Source: Longimicrobiales bacterium (GTDB lineage Bacteria > Gemmatimonadota > Gemmatimonadetes > Longimicrobiales > Gaopeijiaceae). From it: a stretch of 64,000 nucleotides of DNA. Positions within the stretch are counted from its first letter, which is position 1. The number at the start of each line of letters is the position of its first letter. This document shows positions 43,387 through 52,033 of the stretch, piece by piece. The DNA lies in contig CAXXKM010000001.1 of NCBI GenBank assembly GCA_963664435.2, positions 1,120,001 to 1,184,000 of the forward strand, given 5' to 3'. The notes beneath the pieces are model-generated. The model worked only from the letters and a program-made list of their open reading frames with translations. It was not told the DNA's origin and did not search any database. The translations under genes were made by a program, and so were the position numbers.

Positions 43387-44947
43387 GTTCTTGGCGCACG
43401 GGACCGGCTCGGCCGGCAAGGCGGCAGGCTACCTCCTCGGGGAGCGGGACGCCGCCGGGAAGCTGCGCGAGGGCGTCGAGGTGTTGCGCGGGAACCCGGA
43501 CATGGTGGCCGCGGTCGCCGACTCGCTCGACTTCGAGCACAGGTACACCTCCGGCGTGATCGCCTGGGCACCGGACGACCACCCCACCGACGAGCAGATC
43601 GAAGCTGTGCTCGACGAGTTCGAGAAGACGGCTTGGGCGGGGCTGGAGCCCGACCGGTACGCCTGGGCGGCCGTGCTACACCGTGAGGAGGGCGGAGGCG
43701 CGCACGTCCATGTCCTCGCCGCTCGGTGCGACTTGGAGACCGGGCGGAGCCTCAATATTGCGCCACCGGGTTGGCAGCGGACGTTCGATCCGCTCCGCGA
43801 CGCCTTCAACCACGAGCACGGCTGGAGCCGTCCAGACGACCCGGAGCGGGCCAGAGTGCAGCACCCCGGCCACCGCGCCTACATCGAGGCGACCCGGCTG
43901 CGGGCCGGACTACGGCTCGAATCCTCCCCCCGCGACCTGATCCGGGACTACCTGCTCCAGCGTGTCGAGCACGGCGCGGTCAAAGACCGCCACGATGTTG
44001 TCGCCGCGCTCCGGGAGGCGGGCCTTGAAGTGCCGCGCCAGGGCATGGACTACATCACCGCGCTGGACCCCGAAACCGGGGACCGGTGGCGGCTGAAAGG
44101 AGAACTGTACGGAGTTGATTTCCAACGCGAACGATTTGACCGAACGGCTGCGGAGGAGGCTGGAACACGAGCGCAGGGAGATCGAGGAGTTGACCGCGAG
44201 CGAGCTCGAAAGGCTCGGCGAGCACTCGCGGCGCGTCGCGAGGAGCGCGGTGCGTACCATCGAGCGCGATACGGAGGAGGCGACCGGCAAGATGCGCGAG
44301 TTGCTGGTCAAGGCGTGGCAACGGCCGCTGATCGTCGGCCTGAGTCTTTGGATCGGTTTCTTCGGCGGAAGCTGGGCGACGATGCGCTGGTTGGCGGGCA
44401 GCATTCAGGACCGGATCGTGACCCGAGCCGAACTGAACCGGGACATCGAAGACGCCCGGCGGACGCTGGCCCAGCTGGAGGAGGACACCTGGGGGCTCGT
44501 GTTCCACGAGATCAAGGGCGAGAGGTTCGTGGTGGTGCCGGACGGGGTGCTGGACGATCCGCCCTGGTGGGTGGAACCGGGGCACCTTCCGGCGTTGAAG
44601 CTGTCGAACGAGTGAAGGAGATCTATGACCGCGTTAGAGGAGCAGTTGACGAGGGCCTTGCGGAGGCTGTGCGCGCAGTACGAAACGGAACAGCAGCGGC
44701 ACTCCGAGCAGGTCGCAGCCTTGCAAGGGCACGTCGAGCGGCAAGGCGGAGAGATCGAAGCCTTGCGGCAGCACGTCGAGCGGCAGAGCGCGGAGTACGA
44801 AGCCTTGCAGATGCAAATCGAGCGGCTCGACGCGCTGGCGACACGCTTGGCCGAGTATTTCGGGACATCCGCCGTCGCGAGACGGCGCGGCCTCCGTATC
44901 TGATGCGCCGCCCGGGACCGGACCGCGATCAAGGTCCGAGCCGCTGA
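43376..44947 (+). CDS. mobA: MOBP relaxase, ColE1 MbeA-like with a 3H motif
   Basis: MHVKF..G.G....YLLG, VLRGNP, YTSGVIAW, LHREEGGGAHVH; C-terminal ...DRDQGPSR tail. Confidence 0.92.
   Translation: MHVKFLAHGTGSAGKAAGYLLGERDAAGKLREGVEVLRGNPDMVAAVADSLDFEHRYTSGVIAWAPDDHPTDEQIEAVLDEFEKTAWAGLEPDRYAWAAVLHREEGGGAHVHVLAARCDLETGRSLNIAPPGWQRTFDPLRDAFNHEHGWSRPDDPERARVQHPGHRAYIEATRLRAGLRLESSPRDLIRDYLLQRVEHGAVKDRHDVVAALREAGLEVPRQGMDYITALDPETGDRWRLKGELYGVDFQRERFDRTAAEEAGTRAQGDRGVDRERARKARRALAARREERGAYHRARYGGGDRQDARVAGQGVATAADRRPESLDRFLRRKLGDDALVGGQHSGPDRDPSRTEPGHRRRPADAGPAGGGHLGARVPRDQGREVRGGAGRGAGRSALVGGTGAPSGVEAVERVKEIYDRVRGAVDEGLAEAVRAVRNGTAAALRAGRSLARARRAARRRDRSLAAARRAAERGVRSLADANRAARRAGDTLGRVFRDIRRRETARPPYLMRRPGPDRDQGPSR
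44115..44615 (+). CDS. mobB: MbeB/MobB-like protein nested in the relaxase in an alternative frame
   Basis: Coiled coil, TM segment, then LEEDTWGLVF...ERFVVVP as in MbeB. Confidence 0.75.
   Translation: MISNANDLTERLRRRLEHERREIEELTASELERLGEHSRRVARSAVRTIERDTEEATGKMRELLVKAWQRPLIVGLSLWIGFFGGSWATMRWLAGSIQDRIVTRAELNRDIEDARRTLAQLEEDTWGLVFHEIKGERFVVVPDGVLDDPPWWVEPGHLPALKLSNE
44625..44903 (+). CDS. mobD: MbeD/MobD-like coiled-coil protein nested in the relaxase
   Basis: RBS AAGGAG; MTALEEQLTRALRRL..QY resembles the MbeD N-terminus. Confidence 0.78.
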   Translation: MTALEEQLTRALRRLCAQYETEQQRHSEQVAALQGHVERQGGEIEALRQHVERQSAEYEALQMQIERLDALATRLAEYFGTSAVARRRGLRI

Positions 44948-45039
44948 TGGCTCAGGGCAGGGCTGGATCTGGCGCGGGCAACACCGCTCAGCGAAGTTTC
45001 GTTCGCGCAGATCGTGCGGTCCATCACGAGAGGAATCGA

Positions 45040-46203
45040 ATGATGGCACGCACGAAGCGGGACCGGCGCAGCTACAGCGCCGGCGAGTGGGGCCGGAACC
45101 GGGTGAGGGTGTTTGCCGATCCCAAGACCGGTCTCTACCAGATTGAGTGGCGAGAGAACGGGCGCAGGCTCACCCGATCCCTGAAGCACCGGGACTGGTC
45201 GAGAGCCAAGCGGCAGGCCGACGAGGCCGCCGCAGGCCTCGCGACATACGAGCCCAACGGCAAGGCCGAGGCCGAACCCGAGCCGCTCACTCTGGAGAAG
45301 CTGTTTGACATTTATGGTGAGGAGGTGACGCCGACCAAGGGCGAGCACACCCAACGACACGACAAGATCGCGATGCGGATGTTCCTGCGGTTCTTCGGGA
45401 AGGACCGCGACCCGGCGACACTGTCACAGAGGGACTGGGACCGCTTCATCCGGGCGCGGCGCGCGGGCAAGGTCGGACCGAGCGGCAAACCCGTATCCGA
45501 CCGGACGGTCGAGTGCGACCTGCGGTTCCTGATCGCGGTGCTCAACTGGGCGGCGAAGTCCAGGGACGAGCAGGGGAGACTCCTGCTCGACTCGAATCCG
45601 CTGAGGGGCCTGAAGACGCCCAAGGAGAAGAACCCCACCCGCGTCGTCCTTTCGGAGGAGGAGTACCAGGCGATGCTCGGGATATCCCGGCAGGTCGATT
45701 GGCGGTTCCGCGTCGCGTTCGTGCTCGCCCACGAGACCGGACACCGAATCGGAGCCATCCGCAACCTTCGTTGGAGGGACATCGATTTCGAGGGTCGCGA
45801 GGTGCGGTGGCGCGCTGAACACGAGAAGACCGGCTACGAGCACGTCACGCCGATGACGGACGAGGCGGTAGCAGTGTTGGAGGAGGCGCGCGAAACGAAC
45901 CCCGGGAACGGGAAGACGCCGGTCTTGCCCGCGCTGCGGGACCCCTCGGCGAGCATCAGCTCTAGGCTGGCGGGTGCATGGTGGCACAAGGCCGAGCGCC
46001 TTGCGGGGCTGGAACCCCGGCGAGGGAGAGGCTGGCATTCGCTCAGGCGGAAGTTCGCTTCGGATCTCATGGACTTGCCGCTCAAGGTGCTGTGCGAACT
46101 GGGCGGCTGGAAGGAGGCCCAGACGGTGCTCCGCTGTTATCAGCAGGCCGACGCTGGACAGCTCAGGAAGGCTTTGGAGAGTCGGCCGAGAGTTCGCGCC
46201 TGA
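45040..46203 (+). CDS. int: Tyrosine recombinase/integrase
   Basis: Catalytic set R (TGHRIG), K (HEKTG), HxxR (WHSLRR), W (LGGW), Y (RCYQQ); N-terminal arm-binding-like domain. Confidence 0.93.
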   Translation: MMARTKRDRRSYSAGEWGRNRVRVFADPKTGLYQIEWRENGRRLTRSLKHRDWSRAKRQADEAAAGLATYEPNGKAEAEPEPLTLEKLFDIYGEEVTPTKGEHTQRHDKIAMRMFLRFFGKDRDPATLSQRDWDRFIRARRAGKVGPSGKPVSDRTVECDLRFLIAVLNWAAKSRDEQGRLLLDSNPLRGLKTPKEKNPTRVVLSEEEYQAMLGISRQVDWRFRVAFVLAHETGHRIGAIRNLRWRDIDFEGREVRWRAEHEKTGYEHVTPMTDEAVAVLEEARETNPGNGKTPVLPALRDPSASISSRLAGAWWHKAERLAGLEPRRGRGWHSLRRKFASDLMDLPLKVLCELGGWKEAQTVLRCYQQADAGQLRKALESRPRVRA

Positions 46204-46297
46204 CCCAACTCGATTGGCGGGAATCAAACAGCGGGAATACGGTGTGTGAGTCCCGTAAGGTCAACGGTCACAGCAAGTTGTGAACTCTATGACTTCC

Positions 46298-46306
46298 GTT
46301 GCGGTA
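46298..46306 (+). repeat. att core, right copy (GTTGCGGTA)
   Basis: Identical to 37424-37432. Confidence 0.9.
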
Positions 46307-46513
46307 CCAGAAGCGGTCGGTGTCCCCCGTTTCCAGCCAGTTCGGCACTACTTCGGCCCCCGCGATCATCCGCTCGGTGTTCCAGGTCAGAAAGCGCTCG
46401 GCGCGGGAGTAGTCCACCTCCTGGGCGGCGGCCGCCCCACCCCCGGCGAAGGCTGCGAACAGGGTCGCCAGAGCGAACGGACGAGCGACGGAAGCATGGA
46501 CCGGATAACGCAT
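46298..46513 (-). pseudogene. DPP-IV/S9 peptidase, 5' part (72 codons including signal peptide)
   Basis: GGAGG RBS + ATG at 46513; MRYPVHAS...AAAAQEVDYSRAERFL...PNWL...DRFWYRN ends at the att core. Confidence 0.88.
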
Positions 46514-46654
46514 GGGGCCTCCAGATGCATTGGGGATGCGGGGTATCGGGATGATTGCGGAATCCGCACGGGGCGGGGATAATCCGTGGTGCCAATGTGC
46601 GGAGGTGCCGGAACGCGCGGCAAACCGTCCCCGACCCCAGCATCGAGAGCCCAC

Positions 46655-48061
46655 ATGAGCGAGATCAGCTTTACCGCACAGGTCGACCGTCACTTCCACA
46701 AGGCGGCCGCCCACACGAGCCACCCCCCGGGCCTCCTCGAGCAGATCCGGGTCTGCAACAGCGTTTATGCGTTCGCCTTCCCCATCCGCAAGGACGACGG
46801 CACCATCGAGGTGATCCACGCCTGGAGGGCGGAGCACAGCATGCACAAGACCCCCACCAAGGGGGGGATTCGCTACGCCTCGCACGCCAACCAGGACGAA
46901 GTGGTGGCGCTCGCAACCCTCATGACCTACAAGTGCGCCCTGGTCGAAGTCCCCTACGGCGGCGCCAAGGGCGCGGTCTGCATCGACCGGCGCCAGTACT
47001 CGGACGCCGAACTCGAGCGCATCACCCGGCGCTACACCTTCGAGCTGGTCGCCAAGAACTTCATCGGCCCGGGCATCGACGTGCCCGCCCCGGACTACGG
47101 GACCGGGGCCCGCGAGATGGCCTGGATCGTCGACACCTACGAGCAGATCGCCACGTCCAAGCTCAACGCCGCAGGGTGCGTGACCGGCAAGCCGATCGCG
47201 CAGGGCGGCATCCGCGGGCGCACCACCGCCACCGGGCTCGGCGTCTTCTTCGGAATCCGCGAAACCTGCCTCGACGCGGGATTCATGAAGGATCTGGGCC
47301 TGCAGCGGGGCGTCGGCGGCAAGCGCATCGTCATCCAGGGGCTCGGCAACGTGGGCTACCACGCCGCCTGCTTCCTGCACGACGCGGGCGCCGTCATCAC
47401 GGGCATCGCCGAATACAACGGCGGCATCTGGTCCGAGTCCGGCATCGATCCGCGGGCGGCCCGGGAGCACTTCCGAGAACACGGCTCGCTCCCCGGCCTG
47501 CCGGGAACGTCCGGCGTGGAAAACGGCATGGATCTGCTGGAGGCCGAGTGCGACATCCTCGTTCCCGCGGCCATCGAGAACGTGATCACCGACGAGAACG
47601 CGGGGCGAATCCGCGCCTCGATCGTCGCGGAGGCCGCCAATGGTCCCACCACCGCCGCCGCGGCGGAAATGCTCCTCGAGCGAGGCGTGCTGATCCTCCC
47701 CGACATGTATCTGAACGCCGGAGGGGTCACCGTCTCGTACTTCGAGTGGCTGAAAAACCTCTCCCACGTGCGCATGGGCCGGATGGAGAAGCGATTCGAG
47801 GAGGCGAGCAACCGCCGGCTGCTGGCCGCGATGGAGGCGGTGACGGGGTATCAGCTCTCCGAGGCGGTGCTGGGCACGGCGGCCAAGGGCGCGAGCGAGG
47901 AGGATCTGGTCCGCTCGGGCCTGGAGGACACCATGGTCAACGCCCACAATTCCAGCTGCGAGGTGGCGCGCCGCCACGGCGTCGACCTGCGTACCGCGGC
48001 CTACATCATGGCCATCGACAAGATCGCGCTGATCTACGCGGAGCGAGGGATCTTCCCGTAG
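46655..48061 (+). CDS. gdhA: Glutamate dehydrogenase (Glu/Leu/Phe/Val family)
   Basis: PTKGGIRY, GGAKG, DVPAPD, QGLGNVG, NAGGVTVSYFEW. Confidence 0.93.
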   Translation: MSEISFTAQVDRHFHKAAAHTSHPPGLLEQIRVCNSVYAFAFPIRKDDGTIEVIHAWRAEHSMHKTPTKGGIRYASHANQDEVVALATLMTYKCALVEVPYGGAKGAVCIDRRQYSDAELERITRRYTFELVAKNFIGPGIDVPAPDYGTGAREMAWIVDTYEQIATSKLNAAGCVTGKPIAQGGIRGRTTATGLGVFFGIRETCLDAGFMKDLGLQRGVGGKRIVIQGLGNVGYHAACFLHDAGAVITGIAEYNGGIWSESGIDPRAAREHFREHGSLPGLPGTSGVENGMDLLEAECDILVPAAIENVITDENAGRIRASIVAEAANGPTTAAAAEMLLERGVLILPDMYLNAGGVTVSYFEWLKNLSHVRMGRMEKRFEEASNRRLLAAMEAVTGYQLSEAVLGTAAKGASEEDLVRSGLEDTMVNAHNSSCEVARRHGVDLRTAAYIMAIDKIALIYAERGIFP

Positions 48062-48072
48062 GAAGGACCCCC

Positions 48073-49776
48073 CTACTTGAACACGCGCTCGAACTCGTCG
48101 CGCTGCGAGTTGGTGCCGACGAAGAGCACGTGCTCACCCCTGCGGATGACGCGCCCCGGCCGCGGATGGGGGTTGACCACCCCGTTGCTCTCGACGGCGA
48201 TCACGGCGAGCCCGGTGCGCGCCAGGATCCCGCTCTCGCGCAACTGCTTGCCGTCCAGCGAGCGCGGCACCTCCGCGTTGAAGAGGTCGAGTCCCTCTCC
48301 GAAGATCATGGGTTCCCTGCCGCGCAGGGCGCCCAGGACCGACTGGATCTTGATCTGCGAGTCGCTCACGGCGAAATCGGCGCCGGCGCGATGGATGGCC
48401 TCGACGTTGGAGGGGTGGCTGACCCGGCTGACGATGATCGTATCCGGATTGAGCTTCCGGCAGTAGACCGCGAGGAAGATGTTAACAGCGTCTTCGTGCG
48501 TGGTGAGCACGACGGAAGCCGCCTCCGTGATCCCGAGCCGCGTCATGACCCGGCTGTCCGCCGCGTCCCCGATCACTACGTCGTTCGCGACCTCCTCGAT
48601 GCTCTCCCGCAGGGTCGGGTCGCGCTCCACGACCCGAACCGACGCCCCCCGGCCCTGCAGCGCACGGGCCACCTCGCATCCGACCCGGCCGCCGCCGATC
48701 ACCAGCACGCGCCCACCGCAGGTAATGCCATCGCCCAGATACCCGTTGAGCGCCTCCACCTCGGCCGCGGTTCCCACCGCCAGTCCGATGCAGTCCTCCC
48801 TCAGGAGCGTATCGGGCAGCCCCGGTTCCAGGTGGCCCCTCTTGGCGAGGGCGGCCACGGTCACGCCCGTTTGCGCCCGCACCTGCGCGTCCTCCAGGGT
48901 CATCCCGGCAAGACGGGTATTGCGGATGGGAAACTCGGCGATCGCGATCTGCCTGTAGCGGCCGACGGTCAGCGCGCGCGCCGAACCGACCGACACCCTG
49001 TTGGCCAGCTGCTTGCCGAGCCTCCGGGCGGTCAGCACGACCTGGTTGGCCCCGGCCAGCTCCAGCACCGCCTCCCCCTCGGGGTTCACCGCGGTGGCCA
49101 CGATGGGAATCCGCTCCGATACCTCGCGCGCCGTGAGCACGATGTTGGTGTTGACCTCGTCCGCGGCGTTCGCCAGCAGAAGTCTCGCGCGCCCGAAGGC
49201 GCAGTTCTCGTAGGTGGCCCGCACGCCGAGGTTCCCGCGCACCACCGGCAACTTGTCGGCGTGCAGGGAAGCGGCCTGCAGCGGATCGGACTCGATCACC
49301 ACGCTCTCGATTCCGGAGAGCGCCAGCCGTTCGATGAGCTCCTCGGCCACATCGTCGCAGGTGCTGATGATGACGTGTCCCTCGAGCTCCGCGGGGACGC
49401 GCGTGCGCACCCGGGTCTTGAACTGGGCTTCCACCCAGGGCGCGTAGAAGCGGACGAAGGCCACCGGCAGGTAGATGAGCAGCATGCTGACCCCGGCCAC
49501 CAGCACCACCATGCTGAATATGCGCCCGAGGTCCGACTGGAACACGATGTCGCCGAACCCCAGCGTACTCATGGTTGTGAGGGTCCAGTAGATGCCCGTG
49601 AACCAGTCGTGCTCCTGGCCCTCGCGCGCCATCAGCAGCTGGAAGATCGCCGATGACACGGCAATGAAGGTGACCAGCACAACCGCGAAGCCCAGCAGGT
49701 TCAGAGGCCTCAACTCGGCGTTGCCGCGATGGCTGCCGCCGACCAGGTCGGCGATTGCGCCGATGGTTCCCTTCAT
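48073..49776 (-). CDS. Potassium channel protein with tandem TrkA-N/TrkA-C (RCK) domains
   Basis: Pore signature TMSTLGFGD; GGGRVG Rossmann motif. Confidence 0.88.
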   Translation of the reverse strand: MKGTIGAIADLVGGSHRGNAELRPLNLLGFAVVLVTFIAVSSAIFQLLMAREGQEHDWFTGIYWTLTTMSTLGFGDIVFQSDLGRIFSMVVLVAGVSMLLIYLPVAFVRFYAPWVEAQFKTRVRTRVPAELEGHVIISTCDDVAEELIERLALSGIESVVIESDPLQAASLHADKLPVVRGNLGVRATYENCAFGRARLLLANAADEVNTNIVLTAREVSERIPIVATAVNPEGEAVLELAGANQVVLTARRLGKQLANRVSVGSARALTVGRYRQIAIAEFPIRNTRLAGMTLEDAQVRAQTGVTVAALAKRGHLEPGLPDTLLREDCIGLAVGTAAEVEALNGYLGDGITCGGRVLVIGGGRVGCEVARALQGRGASVRVVERDPTLRESIEEVANDVVIGDAADSRVMTRLGITEAASVVLTTHEDAVNIFLAVYCRKLNPDTIIVSRVSHPSNVEAIHRAGADFAVSDSQIKIQSVLGALRGREPMIFGEGLDLFNAEVPRSLDGKQLRESGILARTGLAVIAVESNGVVNPHPRPGRVIRRGEHVLFVGTNSQRDEFERVFK

Positions 49777-49988
49777 CCGGGGAAATCCCTCATGGCGTGA
49801 TGTTCTTCAACCCTGCGCGTCCCTCGAATGTAATGACTCGAATGGCCGGCGCGGAAATGCCGGGCGAGCGGCCGGCGTCCGGGTCCGCCCTTCCGCCGGA
49901 GCGGCGCCGTCTTCCCGTGCCATTGCGCGAGCACGGCTCCGCAGGCTACGAGTTGCCCACGGCCATCTCCATACGCAAGGGGGGAGCG

Positions 49989-50666
49989 ATGTTGCTCCGC
50001 TTGACGCTCGACCCGCTACGCCGCAGAGCCCGACGCCTCGCCACGCCGGCGGGTGCATTCATTCTCGGCGCCGTCGCACTCGCCTCACAGGCGGCGGGGC
50101 AGGACGAGCCGGGTCCAGGCGAAGCCATACCCTATTTCATCGACAACGGGGCCGGGATCCCCGGGTACCAGCCGTCGGACGACGACCTGGCCCGCGCGGC
50201 GTTCGAGGCCTGGGCGCGGGAAAGCGGCGGGCGGCTGCGGTTCGCGGAAACCGCCGCCGAGGACGCGCTCATCCACGTGGTCTGGATTGACCCCGGGAGC
50301 GGCGTGTACGGGGAGATGCGCACCGTCCTGATCGACGGCCGCCCCGTGGCCCTTCTCTACGTGACGCCGAGCGTCGACCTCCAGGGACCCGCCATCGCCC
50401 GCCTGGCCGCGGGCGACCCATTGCTGCGGGACGCGATCGTCTACCTGACGTGCGTCCACGAACTGGGCCACGCCATCGGGCTGCCGCACACCGCCGACTT
50501 CGAGGACATCATGTACTCGTTCGCCTACGGCGGCGACATCGTGCGCTACTTCATGCGCTACCGGGAACGGCTCGCCGACCGGTCCGACATCGCGAACCAC
50601 TCCGGGCTCTCGGCGGGCGACCGGGCGGTCCTCCACGGCCTGTACCCGCCCCGCCAGCGCCGGTAG
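49989..50666 (+). CDS. Secreted matrixin (M10)-like metallopeptidase
   Basis: HELGHAIGLPH plus Met-turn DIMYS. Confidence 0.82.
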   Translation: MLLRLTLDPLRRRARRLATPAGAFILGAVALASQAAGQDEPGPGEAIPYFIDNGAGIPGYQPSDDDLARAAFEAWARESGGRLRFAETAAEDALIHVVWIDPGSGVYGEMRTVLIDGRPVALLYVTPSVDLQGPAIARLAAGDPLLRDAIVYLTCVHELGHAIGLPHTADFEDIMYSFAYGGDIVRYFMRYRERLADRSDIANHSGLSAGDRAVLHGLYPPRQRR

Positions 50667-50733
50667 ACGCGACCGGGCGCGGCGCCTTCCGCTTCAGCCG
50701 GCTTCCGGAGCTGCCCGACCGCGCGGGCCGCGC

Positions 50734-51897
50734 TCAGCGTCCGTCCGCGGGCTCCAGTCTCAGGACCGGGGTCGGCTCCGCGTCGCGATGGTCGATGGCG
50801 AGGTAGATCAGGCCGTCCGGGCCCTGGCGCACGTCGCGGACCCGCCCCATCCCGTACACCAGCGTCTCCTCCCGCTGCACCATCTCCCCGTCCATGACCA
50901 GGCGCGCCAGCTGCTCGAGCGCCATGCCGCCGGCGAAGATGTCCCCCTTCCAGCGCGGGAAGGCGTCACCCGTATAGAGCATCAGGCCGGAGGCGCCGAT
51001 GGACGGCACCCAGACGTGGCTGGGGTCGGCCATGCTCTCGTCCATGGTGCCCTTGTGGATGGCGAGCCCGCTGCGGTAGTTCACGCCATACCCCACCACC
51101 GGCCAGCCGTAGTTCTCGCCGGCGGCAACCAGGTTGAGCTCGTCGCCGCCCTGGGGCCCGTGTTCGGTCTGCCACACCGCCCCCGTCTCCATGTCGATCG
51201 CGAGCCCCTGCGCGTTGCGATGCCCCCAGGCCCAGATCTCGGGCCGGATGCCGGAGCTGTTCACGAACGGGTTGTCCGCGGGAACGCTCCCGTCCTCGTT
51301 GATGCGATTGGTGGTGCCGTGGTGATTGGACGGGTCCTGGGCGGGGTGCGCCTCCAGATCCCCGGATGGGGGCGCCTGGCGGTCGCCGACGGTGACGAAC
51401 AGGGTCCCGTCCGGATGGAAGGCCAGCCGGGCCCCGTAGTGGCCCCTCCCCTGGGACCTGGCCAGGAAGATCTCTTCCTCGGGGGTGAAGGTGTCGTTCT
51501 CGAAGGTGCCGCGCAGCACCGACGTGGTGGAGCCTCCCTCGACCGGCTTGGCGTAGCTGATGAAGAGCACGTTGTTGCTGGCGAAGTCGGGATGCGGCAG
51601 CACGTCGAAGAGCCCGCCCTGCCCCTGGGCGAAGACCTCGGGCACGCCGGGCACCGGGTCGGGCAGCAGGTTGCCGTCGCGGACGATGCGCAGCCTCCCC
51701 GGCCGCTCCGTGATCAGCATGTCACCATTGGGAAGCCAGGCCATCGACCATGGGCGGATCAGGCCGTCCGCCACGGTCGCGACGCGGTAGTCGTGTTCGA
51801 GCGAGCGGATGACGCCCGACTGCGCCGAGACGGGGGTCGGAGCGAGAGCCGACAGCAGAAGGCCGGCGGCGGCGAGTGCGAAGAAGGAGCGGGCCAT
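50734..51897 (-). CDS. PQQ-dependent glucose/sorbosone dehydrogenase
   Basis: GQGGLFDV, GHRNAQG, EHGPQGGDELN, NYGWP, RVRDV. Confidence 0.9.
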   Translation of the reverse strand: MARSFFALAAAGLLLSALAPTPVSAQSGVIRSLEHDYRVATVADGLIRPWSMAWLPNGDMLITERPGRLRIVRDGNLLPDPVPGVPEVFAQGQGGLFDVLPHPDFASNNVLFISYAKPVEGGSTTSVLRGTFENDTFTPEEEIFLARSQGRGHYGARLAFHPDGTLFVTVGDRQAPPSGDLEAHPAQDPSNHHGTTNRINEDGSVPADNPFVNSSGIRPEIWAWGHRNAQGLAIDMETGAVWQTEHGPQGGDELNLVAAGENYGWPVVGYGVNYRSGLAIHKGTMDESMADPSHVWVPSIGASGLMLYTGDAFPRWKGDIFAGGMALEQLARLVMDGEMVQREETLVYGMGRVRDVRQGPDGLIYLAIDHRDAEPTPVLRLEPADGR

Positions 51898-52033
51898 CTG
51901 AGTTCTCCTGTGAGGGTCCGAGTCTCTTGAATGTTATCGCCGGGAACGAGGGCGGGCGAGTGGGCGGGCGATCATCGGGTACCCGGCTGGTTTCCCGGTC
52001 CCGGACCCCGCGGCGGCGGTGCCCGGCAGCCCA

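Larger units (their letters stand above)
37424..46306. mobile_element. Integrative mobilizable element (tyrosine recombinase + ColE1-like mob module), ~8.9 kb
   Basis: 9-bp direct repeats at both ends, split host gene, integrase about 95 bp from the right repeat, relaxase module. Confidence 0.92.

Noticed and set aside
46514..47977. Upstream portion of the 569-aa minus-strand ORF
   Set aside because: Antisense shadow of gdhA; only the part from ATG 46513 is the peptidase 5' fragment
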